Positions 25,847 through 39,729 are shown, numbered from the stretch's first letter. The stretch is 64,000 nt of DNA from Octopus sinensis (GCF_006345805.1 NC_043001.1:76136001-76200000), one strand, 5' to 3'. The notes: generated by a model from the sequence alone, not told the origin. Numbers and translations: made by a program.

Positions 25847-26773
25847 GCCTATACAGACAGGATTTTGAAAACGAAGAAAGGATTGGACAAAGTGTTTCGT
25901 GGAGACGAGTTAGAGTAAAGGGAGAGCTGAGGCAGGGCTGGTAGATGGAATGACGTAGAAGGGCGAAGAGAGCCGTATTGAATTGTGAGAATATAACGTA
26001 TTATTTTGATACTATGTTCTAGAGCTTATATTTTAGCCCTTTAGCATTCAGATTTCTGTCAAGTGTAATGGTTATCTATTCACAGGTTTTGAGATTTCGA
26101 GGATGCGATTGTGTACTTTTAGAATGATATAGTCTCTCACTGGATCTGGTGGATTTGAATATAAAACAACTATAATATGTGTGCCTGGTATGGCCAGTTT
26201 AAGTGCTAAAAGGTTAAACCGGAAAACTGAAACTAGTAGATAAATAGTTATGTGCTTTGAATGAGATTGATTCAAATTTCATTCTTAAATAATATAATAC
26301 ATTTTCCTTTTATAAGAAAATCTATAATTAAAGTGATTTTCTGCGATGGACTGGCGTCCCGTCCAGCTGGGGAACACATACCATTGAAGCCGGGAAAGCG
26401 GGCCCATGAGCCTGGCTAGGCTTTAAAAGGGCGCATTTATTATTTATAGTGCTTTTACATTAGCAAAACAAAAAACTGATTGTTCAGTATTCTAGCAAGT
26501 CGACCATTTTGCTTCTACTTATGTCAAGATATCGCTATATTGTCGCCATCGAACTTCAAAATCATTGTTATATTTATGGCGTAAATGTCATTTGAAGGTG
26601 CATGCCCAAGTGGTTAGGGTGATGCCCTCACGACTGTAAGATCGTCGTTTCGATTGCGAGATAAGTGAAGCTGTCAACAACTTCAACGTTCTCACCCGGG
26701 AGACAAGCATCTGGCTCCGTTATACGCGGGCGAGTGTGTGCTCGCGCACGTATGTATATATATATATATATAT

Positions 26774-26989
26774 AACGGGAAGCTTTATGAAAATAAACAA
26801 AAGACGAAGGCAGGTGGAAAACAAACGAACAATTGTATTAGTATGGCGCTCAGGAAATATAAATAAAACAAGTCTTTAACGTTTCGAGCCTACGCTCTTC
26901 AACAGAAAGATACACAGAGAGAGAAAAACACAGAAAGAAGGAGAGAAAAAAAATGCGTGCAGTAGCTAACGAATCAACATGGCGATCTG

Positions 26990-26990
<1 letters not shown>
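26774..26990 (-). mobile_element. Short hammerhead-bearing insert inside (TA)n
   Basis: Flanked by (TA)n on both sides; hammerhead-like motif at 26873-26910; homologous truncated copy at about 18898-18982. Confidence 0.65.
26873..26910 (-). ncRNA. Minimal type I hammerhead-like motif
   Basis: Minus strand TCTTT-CTGTTGAA-GAGC-GTAG-GCTC-GAAAC-GTT-AAAGA: stem I 5 bp, stem II 4 bp, palindromic AACGUU stem III; core variant CUGUUGA plus an extra A. Confidence 0.6.
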
Positions 26991-27057
<67 letters not shown>

Positions 27058-27462
27058 ATATGTATCGTGAATGTATATGTATTAAGTATTGACCCAAAAT
27101 GTTTGTTACCTTCATAATTCTAGCTTTGCTCCGTGTTTAAGTCGAATCCCAGTTTTTACAGTTAAAACCAAGTATAAAATATTGCGAAATACTGTAGTGA
27201 CAATAAGTAATTCTTTCTCATTTCGGAACAGGACCAGTTTATAATGATTGTTTCAAATTTTAACACAAGGACACAAATTTTAGGGAGAGAGAGTTTGACG
27301 ATTAAATCAACCCAGTACTTACTTTTAAACCTGTTATTTATTCTGTAGGTCTCCTTTGCCGAACCGATATGTTACGGGGAAGTAAGTAAACAGACTAAAC
27401 CCGCTTGTCAAGCGTTGGGAGTGGAACTAGACAAACTCAAAGACACACAGACATACACGCTT

Positions 27463-27494
<32 letters not shown>

Positions 27495-28189
27495 GCTTTC
27501 GCATTTTCCGTTTACCAAATTCACTCACAAGGCATTGCTCGGCTCAGGGATATAGTAGATGACCCTGACTCAAGGTGCCGCCCAGCGGGACTGAACTTAA
27601 ACTAGCGACTACAAGGAGAGCCTTTTAACCACGCAGACATACCTGTTTTTCATTTTTGCTTTTGTTTTGTTTTTCCGATGTGTTTTTTTTATTTTTTGGT
27701 AACATAAAAAAATTTTTAATTCTCATGTGTTTTACGAGTTTTGTTATCAAACCGAGCGAAAACAAAACATAACTAAACGATAAAAATAAAAAAGTTTTAA
27801 AAAGAAACAGAAAATAAGACATTGTAATCCCATTGTATGTGTGTGTGTGTCGCGCGCGCGGTGAGTGTAAGGTTTTTGAGATTAGTAGTGGTGTCTGAGA
27901 GGCTGTTGAGGGTGGGCACCTTACTAGACGTCTTGCTCAATTAAATGCGAAAAGACAAGAGATAGCAAATTTAATTTTTTGCTTTATTACCTTCTCGTCA
28001 TTTATTGTTTGTATCTTATCACCATCAACTCAGTTCGTTCACGTCTTTGCTCGTTGTATAGTTGTTTCCTTTTATATATACAAGTCGTTATTCTACTGTT
28101 GTTTTCTGTAGCCTTTTCTATTGTTATTTCAATGACAGATTCTATGGTTATTTTTTCTACTGTATCTCTTTAAGCATGCCTCATGGTTT

Positions 28190-28263
<74 letters not shown>

Positions 28264-28876
28264 CTGGTAATAAGGGCAGCGTTGGCTAAGTGGTTGAAAA
28301 ATTTGATTCGCAGCCATGTGATCTTAGATTCAGTCCCACTGCATGGTACCTTGGGCAAGTGTCTCGTACTATAATCTCGGGCCAACCAAGCCTTGCGAGT
28401 GGATTTGGTTCACAGAAACTGAGAGAATCCTGTAGCATATATATATGTAACTTATATAGTAGATATAGAAACAGGGCTAATTTAGCTATTTCTCCATAGC
28501 CGTAATCAATTTACGAATCTCATTGGATTCTCATCAGTCATCTACATCAATTTAGTTAATCTCTCCCAGAGAAACAAGCAACTAATCTGTTCATATACTC
28601 AAAAATTAGATTACAGGTAAGTTCACCAACATCAATTCATCACAGGAAAGTTCACTGCCATCAATTAACCATGAAGAAATCTCACCGCCTGGAAAGTATA
28701 CCGAGAAGATATATCCATAGTACCTCACTGTTAATAGTTAAAAACTATTTTATGGGGGGAAAAAACGATGAATTGATGACAGTGAACCATCCCTACGGTG
28801 AACTGATGACAGTGAACTTACACACCATAAGTGTTAACATTATTTTATTATCAGGTGCCTGTCAATAGGGATCTCA

Positions 28877-29240
28877 AGGCACACGTGTGTTAAGTAGCTT
28901 GCTTACCAACCACATGGCTCTGGGTTCAATCCCACTGTGTGGCATCTTGGGCCAGTGTCTTCTACTATAGCCTCGGGATGACCAAAGCCTTGTGAGTGGA
29001 TTTGGTTGACGGAAACTGAAAGAAGCCCGTCGTATATGTTTGTGTATCTGTCTTTGACCCCCACCACCACCACCACCACCACCAGCATCGCTTGACAACC
29101 GATGCTGGTGTGTTTACGTCCCCGTAACTTAGCGGTTCGGCAAAAGAGGCCGATAGAATAAGTACTAGGCTTACAAAGAATAAGTCCTGGGGTCGATTTG
29201 CACGACTAAAAGCAGTGGTCCTTCATGACCGCAGTCAAAT
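28877..29240 (+). mobile_element. SINE family B
   Basis: Sequence match. Further degenerate or partial copies at about 27300-27640(-), 28275-28440(+), 39025-39330(-), 52515-52665(-), 54880-55060(-), 57495-57630(+) and 63677-63885. Confidence 0.85.
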
Positions 29241-29563
29241 TATTTACAGAATCGACACCGCTTACCAGGTCATCGCAGAAAATGCACATGTATGTTTGCT
29301 TGTAAAAACAACATTATGAAAGCTTATAAAATATTATTACTTACAGCCATATATATATATATAAATATATATAAATATATATATATATACATATATATAA
29401 CGCATATTTATTGTGTATCTCTCAATATTCCCAAGAACTGAACTAACCTATTTGTATTGCGAATACTATTTGAAAATAACGAATAATTCCCACAAATGCA
29501 ACTAGTTTTTAAATATTGGGGTAAAGACGTTCTTACGGAAAGAGAGAGAAAATAAAGGAGATA

Positions 29564-29798
29564 CTTATTTCTTTATTTCCCACAAGGGGCTACACACAGA
29601 GGGGACAAACAAGGACAGACAAACGAATTAAGTCGATAATATCGCCCCCAGTGCATAACTGGTACTTAATTTATCGATCCCGAAAGGATGAAAGGCAAAG
29701 TCGACCTCAGCGGAATTTGAACTCAGAACGTAGCGGCAGACGAAATACCGCTAAGCATTTCGCCCGGCGTGCTAACGATTCTGCCGGCTCGTCGCCTC
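29564..29798 (-). mobile_element. SINE family A, full length, with 13-bp TSD
   Basis: AATAAAGGAGATA at 29551-29563 and 29799-29811. Confidence 0.92.
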
Positions 29799-30358
29799 AA
29801 TAAAGGAGATATTGCTAGCATAAGCAGTTGCTAATATATCTCATCAAATTTCTTTGTCATTTATATGTGAACTAAGTAAATCATTTTTGTCACAACTCCG
29901 TGTTCAACATTATCTTTAAGAATTTGAGACAGTAAAGTTCGTATTGCTAGAAGTCAAACTGCGGTTGTGTTAACCTAATGACGTCGTTGTTCGAGAGTCT
30001 AGGTTTTCTTTGAGAACGATTCGGTTCCGACTTCTGATTTAAAAAAAAAAGTAATCCTTTAAGTTCTCTCTATCAATTACATCGTTCAGTGTTTTTGCGT
30101 GTTTGTACATTTTAGGTGGGTGTGGGGGATGTGGGTGTGTGTATACGTGCATACACGTGTCTGTGTGTGTGTTTGCGCACGCGCGCGTGTGAAAATATTT
30201 TGTATACTCAGCGCTAACATCTTTGTGTACCGATGACTATGTACAAACTATTTTTTTCTTTGTATGAGTATATGCACACATGCATGCACACACATGCACG
30301 CGCGTGTACAGATATATGTATACATATAATAAGTAGGTGTATAGTGAGAGAGACAGAC

Positions 30359-30463
<105 letters not shown>

Positions 30464-30547
30464 TAGATAGATAGTAGATAGATAGATAGATAGATAGATA
30501 GATGATAGATAGATAGATAGAGTGTATTCTCCTTAATATACATATGT

Positions 30548-30624
<77 letters not shown>

Positions 30625-31355
30625 GCAGACAGACAGACAGACAGACAAACAGATACATAAATTGATTGACAGATGGATAGATGAATACATCGATGGATAC
30701 ATATAAACAGACAGACAGACAGATAGCTAGAGAGGCAGGTGGTGCATTAAAAGCAGCAACGATCGACAATCAGTAGAGCCCGTGATATTTCTCATGATTT
30801 GGGACAAGCATAGCTTTAAACTTATAGTTATATAAGTAAATTTCGAATATTTATTATGCAATAATGGCATTACTTACGCTTATTCCTAATGAAACAGCTG
30901 GTGAAAGTGATTAGATTGTAAAACATCTGTGAAATGTATGCCTTTCTGTTTTTTATTCTAAATAAGCTTAGAAACCACACTCGGTGTGGACTTTTTAGCT
31001 AGCTCCTGCAGAGGGCTAGTTGTGCCTGCGGCCCAAAACTACACTGAGCTAAATAGCATGACAATAATACGTCTATAATGACTATATGCCTGGCGGTGTT
31101 TGATCAGAGGTTAAGGGAGGATAAGAATTAATTCTGTAGTGCAATTATTCTATTTTTCCAGAAAAAGCAACCCAAATGCTTTTATATCAGATCCCAATGC
31201 TGGATGTTAAATAACCAAATGAGGGGGCAAATTTTCAATCCCGGGATCATCCTGATTCCAAAAAGATATAATGTGTCTATGTAGAGCAAATGTAGATTGT
31301 GATACAGGGGTCCCAGACGGACCCCTGTAGAATTTCTCTTTTATTATTAAAGATA

Positions 31356-31999
31356 TAAAGTATAAAAGCCATCTCAATATGGCTAACCACAAAGTGGGGT
31401 GTTACTGTAGCTTTTTAGCCCCAGGAGATCATCGTTTCCAGCTGGTTTTAGACACACTTTCTGTGCCCTTGAAGTATTTGCAAAGGGAGGCCATCCCTTC
31501 CTCGCAAGATGATCTCCTGGGGCTAAAAAGCTACAGTAACACCCCCACTTTGTGGTTAGCCATTTTGAGATGGCTTTTATACTTTACATTGTCGAGCTGT
31601 TACTGTTTACATCTCGCTCTGAGATTTAATAATGCTTACAGTCAGTTTTTCGAAATCAGTGGCAGACGTCACTAGAAAAACTCTTATATATTTGCAAAGC
31701 AGGCCTTGTCTTTCATCGTGACCTGGTGGTTACCGCCCGTTGATAAGAGACAATAATCTCGAAACCGGTCCGTGCGTATCACTCAGGCTTGCGAGGAAGG
31801 GATGGCCTCCCTTTGCAAATACTTCAAGGGCACAGAAAGTGTGTCTAAAGCCAGCTGGAGACGATGATCCCCTGGGGCTAAAAAGCTACAGTAACCCCCC
31901 CCCCCCCACTTTGTGATTAGCCATATTGAGATGGCTTTTATACTTTACATTGTTGAGTGGTTACTGTTTACATCTCGCTCTGAGATTTGATAATACTTA
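31356..31999 (+). mobile_element. Non-coding hammerhead retroelement (about 355-nt monomer plus terminal direct repeat, 5' inversion, 15-bp TSD)
   Basis: 31356-31508 is the reverse complement of 31788-31947; 31508-31638 is repeated directly at 31863-31999; TSD TTATTAAAGATATAA at 31344-31358 and 31997-32011. Confidence 0.8.
31734..31776 (+). ncRNA. Minimal type I hammerhead-like motif (core mutated)
   Basis: CGCCCG-TTGATAA-GAGA-CAATAA-TCTC-GAAAC-CG-GTC-CGTGCG: stems I and II, palindromic ACCGGU stem III, GUC triplet; core UUGAUAA instead of CUGAUGA. Confidence 0.65.
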
Positions 32000-32113
32000 T
32001 TAAAGATATAAGTTGGTCTAAAGTAGTGCTTTTTGTGTGTTTCGTACATCATCACTTTTTTAATGTATATTTATATATACATGCATGTGTGTGTATGTGT
32101 GTGTGTGTGTGTG

Positions 32114-32164
<51 letters not shown>

Positions 32165-32303
32165 GTGCGCGCGCCTATAAGTGTTTCACCAGAAGATCCT
32201 GGTCGCGCAAAACTCGAGTCGCAAGACAAACCCTTCCTTAGTTTCAATGAAAAAAAAAGAAATATGTATTTGGGCTTTCTTCTTTCATTTGACATTAACC
32301 AAC

Positions 32304-32352
<49 letters not shown>

Positions 32353-32374
32353 TATATATATATTATATATATAT

Positions 32375-32427
<53 letters not shown>

Positions 32428-32605
32428 CTTTATGTGTGTTCTTCGAGGCATACTATTCCAAATACAGTTATTCCATGTTATCTTGAAGGTTTATAAAATT
32501 CTTGAGGTAAAAAATACATACATATACACACACGCACATATATATGCATATATATATGATTATTATATACATATATGTGTACATATATAAAGCAAAGTTG
32601 TAAGG

Positions 32606-32847
32606 TTACCTGCTTGAGTCATACCGACACATAAGGGCCGGTTTCCCAGTTTTATGACGTATATATATATTCCTCACCTGGACGGGACGCCAGTCTGTCA
32701 TAAGGTTATTCATTTTTGCTTGCTGAATGGACTGGGGTAACGTGAAATGAAGTGTTGTGCTCATGAACATGCGTTGCCCGATCCAGGAATTGAAACTAGT
32801 CATTACGATCATGAGTCCAACAACGTAACCACTAAACACGCGCCCCA
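32606..32847 (-). mobile_element. tRNA-derived SINE, family C, with a V-domain-like block
   Basis: Minus-strand head GGGGCGCGTGTTTAGTGGTTA...GTTTCAATTCC and block GACTGGCGTCCCGTCCAG; a related 3' fragment lies at 26341-26440(+). Confidence 0.65.
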
Positions 32848-32881
32848 ACTTATACATATACAAACACACACACACACAATC

Positions 32882-32966
<85 letters not shown>

Positions 32967-33505
32967 TACATATATATATATATATAATATACTATAAACG
33001 TTAAGATTCCTGATGTGAAACCGTGTGTTGAAAGATATAGTTGTATTTCGGGAGGGTCATTTTTTTTGTTTTACCAAATAAACACACGCATTATATATTC
33101 GTTCTTCACTCATTTATTACTGTTCTTATTCTAACTCATCTCCATTGTCCGTAAATCTTTCGGCACACATATGTGACCTCTTCCGCGACACTTTCCATCC
33201 TCATGAGTGTTCCTGCTCGGCTTAATCTATTCTGTTCTTCTGTGGTGTGTATTCTTATACGCGCAGGCATTTGCATCTGCATTTGTGTATGTGTGTGGTT
33301 GTTCTTAGTCGCACTATGACCCTCCCTTCAACCCCGTCCCCTCCTCCGTTGGCGCTGCTGCTGCTCTTGTTCCGACCTTTGGTACTGTTTTTACATCTTT
33401 CTGTATTTGTGTGTTCGCCCACGCTACTGCAATCATGGGTGTTGATGTTGCTGTTGTTGGTCGCGTTGTTGATATTGTTGCCGAGCTATTGCTAATCAGC
33501 CAAAC

Positions 33506-35615
33506 TGTGATGTCAGAGGTGTGAGAGCATTGGAGGAACCTAGTTTCAATGTGGCTAGATTACAAGAAAGACTTTGACTCTGTTCCCCACTCATGGATGC
33601 TAGAAGCCCTTCAACATGCTAACGTTCCAGTAAGAATAGTCAAAGCCATAGCTGACCTGACTTCATCGTGGGCCAACATCTTGAAATTAAACACAAAGAG
33701 TGACTGTTATTATCACCGATAGAATACAATATCGCAAAGGCATATTCCAAGGAGACAGCCTAACTGTGATGTTGTTTACACTTTCTGTAAACCCCTTGTC
33801 ATTCATCTTAAAGAAGTCTGAAGGATATCTCACTGGTTCACAAGGAAACAAAAATGCCAAAATTACATACTGTCTCTTTGTGCGTGATTTAAAACTGAAT
33901 GCAAAGAATATGCACGAGATGACCTAGTTACAACATTCTCAAAGGATGCAGGGTTGGAGTTTGGTCAGAATAAATGTTGTTATATGATTGTGAAAAGGAG
34001 GAAGAGCATAAACCAGACTAGTAACATCTCCATCAATGCTTTGACTGTTTCCCCTGTATCTGACGAGGAATGTTGCAGGTATCTAGGGGAGGATGAAAAT
34101 ATATTTTACAATGGTACCTGTAACAAAACACGTGTCACTAAAGAATATTACAGCCGAATAAAGAAATTTGGACTTCAGAACTCTGCATTCAATAAAACAG
34201 TGGCTCACAATGTATTTGCAGTGCCAGTACTCATACCAACATTTGGGCTGCTTGATTGAACGTTTGATGAGATCCAAGCCATTGATGTGAAATCCTGAAA
34301 AATACTAACAAGCCCACATAATTTCCACATAAACAGTGACATAGACCATCTCTACCTTAAACGTAAAAAAGGCGGCAGAGACTTAACATCGATCCAAAAT
34401 GCCTTTGAATGTCGCATCATATTCCGTCGGCAACGTCTTTTAACCACCACCAAGTTTGCATACATGATGCTGATAACATCATAAGACTTGGAAGGCAACC
34501 GCTTGAGCAACAATCTGTCTGATAACCTAGAATACATGCCCAAAGAAGTTGCACGGCTCTACCATAACGTATCATCAGATAAAAGGGTGAGCCTATATAA
34601 TCAGAGGACTATGCATGGATATGTTAGTAGAAAGCTCAGTGATGATACTAACATCGATCATCAAAGCAATTTATCATGGACGAATAGTCGGATTACTACC
34701 TCCCACTTTGAAGGGTATGCATTTGCAATCCAGAAACAGGAAATATCAACCAAGTACCTGATGCACAAAAGCCGTAAAATGTGACAACCGATGCGGACTT
34801 TGTGGAGTTCACACTGAAGATATCAACCACATCATAAGCAGTTGTCCGAAAATGTCATCACGGTATTATCTACCAATGAGACATGACGTTGTAGTTAGGA
34901 CACTCCATAGTAAAATCCGTACGAAGGATAATCCCGAGGACAAAGAAATAAAAACCCATTATATGGTAAAAGCCATAGCCACTCATAATGAAAAGGAATA
35001 CTGGTGGAATGTACCAGTGAAGACCTCAATAAAATGTAAGCACAACAGACCTGATATAATGATTTGAGATAGAGAAGGAAAGCTGTGCACAGTTGTGGAA
35101 ATTAGCTGCCCAGCGGATGTTAACATAAAGCTGAAGATCAGTGAAAAAGAGAACAGCTGTGCTGAACTATTGAGAAATCTGCAATTATTCTATCCAGGTT
35201 ACAAATTCTTGTTTATATTTGTAATTATTGGAGTCCTGGGATATGTAACACACTGCCTAAATACAAGTCTTGAGAAATTAGGTTTCTCAAAGCCAGAAAG
35301 GAAAAAGCTAATTCGAAGACTACAGATCCAGTCCATCACTGGAACTGTAAAAATCTGTAAAACTTCCCAGTTTATCATTTAAATACATATGAGCATGTCA
35401 AGATATGTAACTATATTAATGAGAATACATACATAAAACATACATACATGCATACATACATACATACATACATACATACATACATACATACATACATACA
35501 TACATACATACATACCCTGGTGTTGATTTTGAAATTCAATGAAGGAACCTTGGATCTACGTTAGAAACCGGTTCTTTCTCTATTGGCAAGAAATCTTGAA
35601 ATAAACTGAATAATG
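33506..35615 (+). pseudogene. 5'-truncated R4/Dong-like non-LTR retrotransposon (RT, CCHC knuckle, RLE endonuclease)
   Basis: WLDYKKDFDSVPH, KGIFQGDSL, LFVRDLKL, EFGQNKC, RYLG, CxxC...H...C followed by RHD, NRPDIMI, VEISCP; many stops and frameshifts; ends in (CATA)n. Confidence 0.9.
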
Positions 35616-35892
35616 ACATACATACGTACCTAGGTACGTGCATACGTACATGCATGCATAAAATAATTATCAGTGAAGTTGTCGAGGGAATCAAATAAAT
35701 ACTTTACCCCTACCTGTCACGCAGAAGACCTGTGTTCAACACCTCGCTGAAGACGTTTATGTTTTAATGGCGACGAGCCTGCATGGCCACAGCCACCGGC
35801 AGAAATATGTGTTTTTATATGTTTTATATAATTTACATATTTATAGATGTAAAGATAGGATGATAAAAACATGTAATAACTAGTATGAAGAT

Positions 35893-36028
35893 ATGAATGT
35901 GAAAGAAAATAATGGAAGACATCTTAAGAAATTAGTTATATTACTTATTACTGTTGTATTAACTCTTGCTGTTGTATTAGACTTTCCTTCATCTTGTCTC
36001 GCATTAAACAGCGACAATCCGAGAGGAG
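35893..36028 (+). CDS. SCUBE: Candidate first coding exon (signal peptide) of the SCUBE-like gene
   Basis: MNVKENNGRHLKKLVILLITVVLTLAVVLDFPSSCLALNSDNPRG has basic, hydrophobic and cleavage-like regions; ends in phase 1 at GAG|GTAGT, which joins in frame to exon 57805 (G+TT = Val); pyrimidine-rich acceptor ending CAG at 35724. Confidence 0.55.
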
Positions 36029-36122
36029 GTAGTAGTGCCTACCACATTCAATTATGTTATATAGTTTATATAACTATTTGGATAATGATAATTACGATGA
36101 TGAACATATATGAATATATATG

Positions 36123-36568
36123 AAGGCGGCGAGTTCGCAGAATCGTTAGCAAACAGAACAAAATGTTCGTCTGCCTTTACGTTCTTCTGTTCGACTTTGC
36201 CTTTCACTCTTTCTATGAAATAAGTACCAGTCAAGTACTGGGGTCAATGTAGTCGACTTAACCCTCCTCTCAAAAACTGCTGACCCTGTGCTGAAATTAT
36301 TATTATTATCATTATTATTATTATTACTATTATTATTATTATTATTATTATTATTGAGGCGGAGAGCTGCCAGAATCGTTAGCACGGTGGAGGAAATGCG
36401 TAGCAGTATTTCGCCCATCGCTACGTTCCGAGTTCAAATTCCGCCGAGGTCGACTTTGCCTTTCATGCTTTCGGAATCAGTGAAAGTCTGGGGTCGATGT
36501 AATCGACTCATCCCCTCTCCCAAAATGGCTGTCTTTGTGGTAAACTTTGAAACCATTATTATTATTAT

Positions 36569-36621
<53 letters not shown>

Positions 36622-37209
36622 AGACGGCGAACTGGCAGAATCGTTAGCACGCCGGGCGAAATGCTTTGCGGTATTTCGTCTGCCGCTGCGTTCTGAGTTC
36701 AAATTCCACCGAGGTCGACTTTGTCTTTCATCCTTTTGGGGTCGATTAAATAAGTACCAGTTACGCACTGGGGTCGATATAATCGACCTTGTTTATCCCC
36801 TTGTGGGTAGTAAAGAAATAGGTGTTTCATCTGCCGCTACGTTCTGAGATTAAATCCCGCCGAAGTCGACTTTGCCTTTCATCCTTTCGGGGTCGAGAAA
36901 TTAAGTACCAGTTGAACACTGGGGTCGATGTAATCGACCCATCTCTCCCCTAAAATGAATGCCCTTGTGGCAAAATTTGGAACCATTATTATTATTAAAG
37001 GTGGTGAGCTGGTAGAAGCGTTAGCACGCTGGACGAAATACTTAGCGGAATATCGCGCGTCGCTACGTTCTGATTTCATATTCCGCTGAGGTCGATTTTA
37101 CCTTTCATCCTTTCGGACCCGATAAATTAAGTACAAGTGGAATACTGGGGTCGATGTAATCGATTAGCCTCAACCCGGAATTCCAGGCCTTGTGTCTATA
37201 GTAGAAAGG

Positions 37210-37210
<1 letters not shown>
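36123..37210 (+). mobile_element. Head-to-tail array of about five family A SINEs separated by (TTA)n/(TAG)n
   Basis: Repeated GGCGGCGAG...GTCGACTTTGCCTTTCATC units at about 36123, 36357, 36622, 36822 and 36999. Confidence 0.85.
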
Positions 37211-37274
<64 letters not shown>

Positions 37275-37287
37275 CATTATTATTATT

Positions 37288-37719
37288 GAGTGCGAGAGCA
37301 GTGCATGCCATCAAAGTGACACTGAGATAAAATATACGAAGCCCAGTATACTCATCTGATAAGGGTACACCAGGCACATGTATCACAACCATATTTGCAT
37401 GACATGGTGATCTCACATCAAGATAAACAGCGCACAACCTTGCAGGTGGGACCCAGTAAGAATTTTCTTCAGGTCGAGTAGCCCATCCCGCTCAAAAGGT
37501 TCCTGAATAAGGGTTGCTTAAGGATGTTGAAAGAAACACCCATGTTACCAAATGTGAACTATCCAAAGAATACCTCTCACCACATAGCAACGATGCTTCC
37601 CCACTACTTCTACTCGTGATCAGACATGCACGTATCTTCAGCCACTAAGGGGCGTGCCCATCTGGTAAAGGTCAAACAACCGACAAATAAATCTGTGGCA
37701 TTGTGCAAAATATTTACTC

Positions 37720-37720
<1 letters not shown>
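37288..37720. mobile_element. Unclassified ~430-bp insert embedded in a (TTA)n tract
   Basis: Complex sequence flanked on both sides by long (TTA)n; no ORF. Confidence 0.5.
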
Positions 37721-37779
<59 letters not shown>

Positions 37780-38763
37780 CATTATTATTACTATTATTAT
37801 ATATCCAAACTACTGTCTTACTCATCACCAGGAGAAGTTCCTACTGGGTTTTTTTTTTATTCTACTTCAGACGTTTTTTTTTTCACTTCGTTCTGGCTAT
37901 TATATTCTTTAACGCCATATTCTCAAGTCAACCTGGACACTTTACAACTGGATACAATTACCCTAATATATCAACTTTAGTAAAGTGTGGCTATTCTTTT
38001 TTTTTCATAGTAGGCTGCAGTGCATAAGGATTCTTATTAAACGCTTCTTCTTAACCTTTTTTTAGATTTTTTGATCTTGTTCTTTTGTTAGTCTTTGATA
38101 AATGAGTCATTCTCAAAGAAAACAGTCGTGTTTTTTTGTTTTGTTTTTTTTTTTTTGTTTTTTGTTGTTTTTTTTTTCAATAAATTTAGTGACAGTGAAT
38201 TGTTGCTGATCGTCTGGGAATAGCTCCACTATAAGGTATCTATTATGAGTCGAGTTTTAGGATAAGATGTTAGGCAAGAAAAATGACGATGTTACAAGGC
38301 TGATGACTCAGAGTGCTTTCAGAGTAGATTAGCTTCCTGCGTGAAAAAGACATATATATTCTTCACAAACAGTCGATATCTATCTCCGGCGGACAGCCGT
38401 TCCTTTGGTATTTGTAGATCTTAATATAACAGTGTTTCAGAGGAGCTGTCCACATCTTTCCAGAAGGTTTGATTTATTGCCCTAAACAAATAATAAAATT
38501 TAGTGATAAATTCGCAGATATTCTGTTAAATTACCAGTCACTTTGCTTCCATAAGATTCATTGAAAATATATTTGGTCATCGAATATTAAAAGAAAGTAT
38601 TACTTTGAGACGACATATCATGTCTGTGTGTGTGTTTGTGTGTGTGTGTGCGCGCGCGCACGAGTGGGTGCGGGTGTATGTACGAATGTAGTATATGTAC
38701 ATACATATATACATATATGCATAGATGCATACATACATGCATGTATTTAGACAGACAGATAAA

Positions 38764-38924
<161 letters not shown>

Positions 38925-39698
38925 TACACACACACACACAGATACACATAGGTTTAGTGATGCGAACAGGAAAATGGAACCCAAAACATAACTATATATA
39001 TATTATTATTCTATTCTTTTAATCTTTTTACTTGTTTCACTCATTTGACTGGAGCACCACTTTGAAGGGTTTTAGTCGAACAAATCGACCCCAGGAGTTA
39101 TTTCTTAAGCCTAGTACTTATTCTATCGGTCCGTTTAGCCGAACCGCTAAGTTGCGGGGATGTAAACATACCAACACCGGTTGTCAAACAGTGATGAGGG
39201 GGAAAAAGAAAGACACAAGGACACACACACACACATGAGTCTATAGTAGAAGACACATGCCTAGGGTGTCACGCGGTGGGACTGAACCCAGAACCACGTG
39301 GTTGAGAAACAAGCTTCTTATTACACAGTCACACACACACACACAAATACACACACACATATATATAGGTATGTACGCATGTATCTATGTATATATATAT
39401 ATGTGTGTATATACATATACGTGTGTGTTAGAAACAGAGAATGAGTAAATAAAACATGTGGTACCGCTTTAGAACATTTGGTTTACAATTTAAACATAGT
39501 GCAGAATAGTTTTAGTAAATACATACATATATACATATATGCATACTGTACATACACATACATACATGTATTAACATATAGACATAATACGTATTACATA
39601 CATACATACGTACATACATACATACATACATACATAACTGAATGCATAAATACATACATACATACATACATACATACATACATACATACATACATACA

Positions 39699-39729
<31 letters not shown>

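Noticed and set aside
33010-33055. CCTGATGT...GTTGAAAG hammerhead-like word
   Set aside because: Core and stems I and III do not fit
35535-35580. CAATGAA...AGAAACCGGTT hammerhead-like word in the LINE 3' UTR
   Set aside because: Core lacks CUGA and the stems are poor; not supportable
36123-37210. CRISPR-like repeat-spacer array
   Set aside because: Eukaryotic SINE copies about 200 bp long separated by microsatellites; no cas genes
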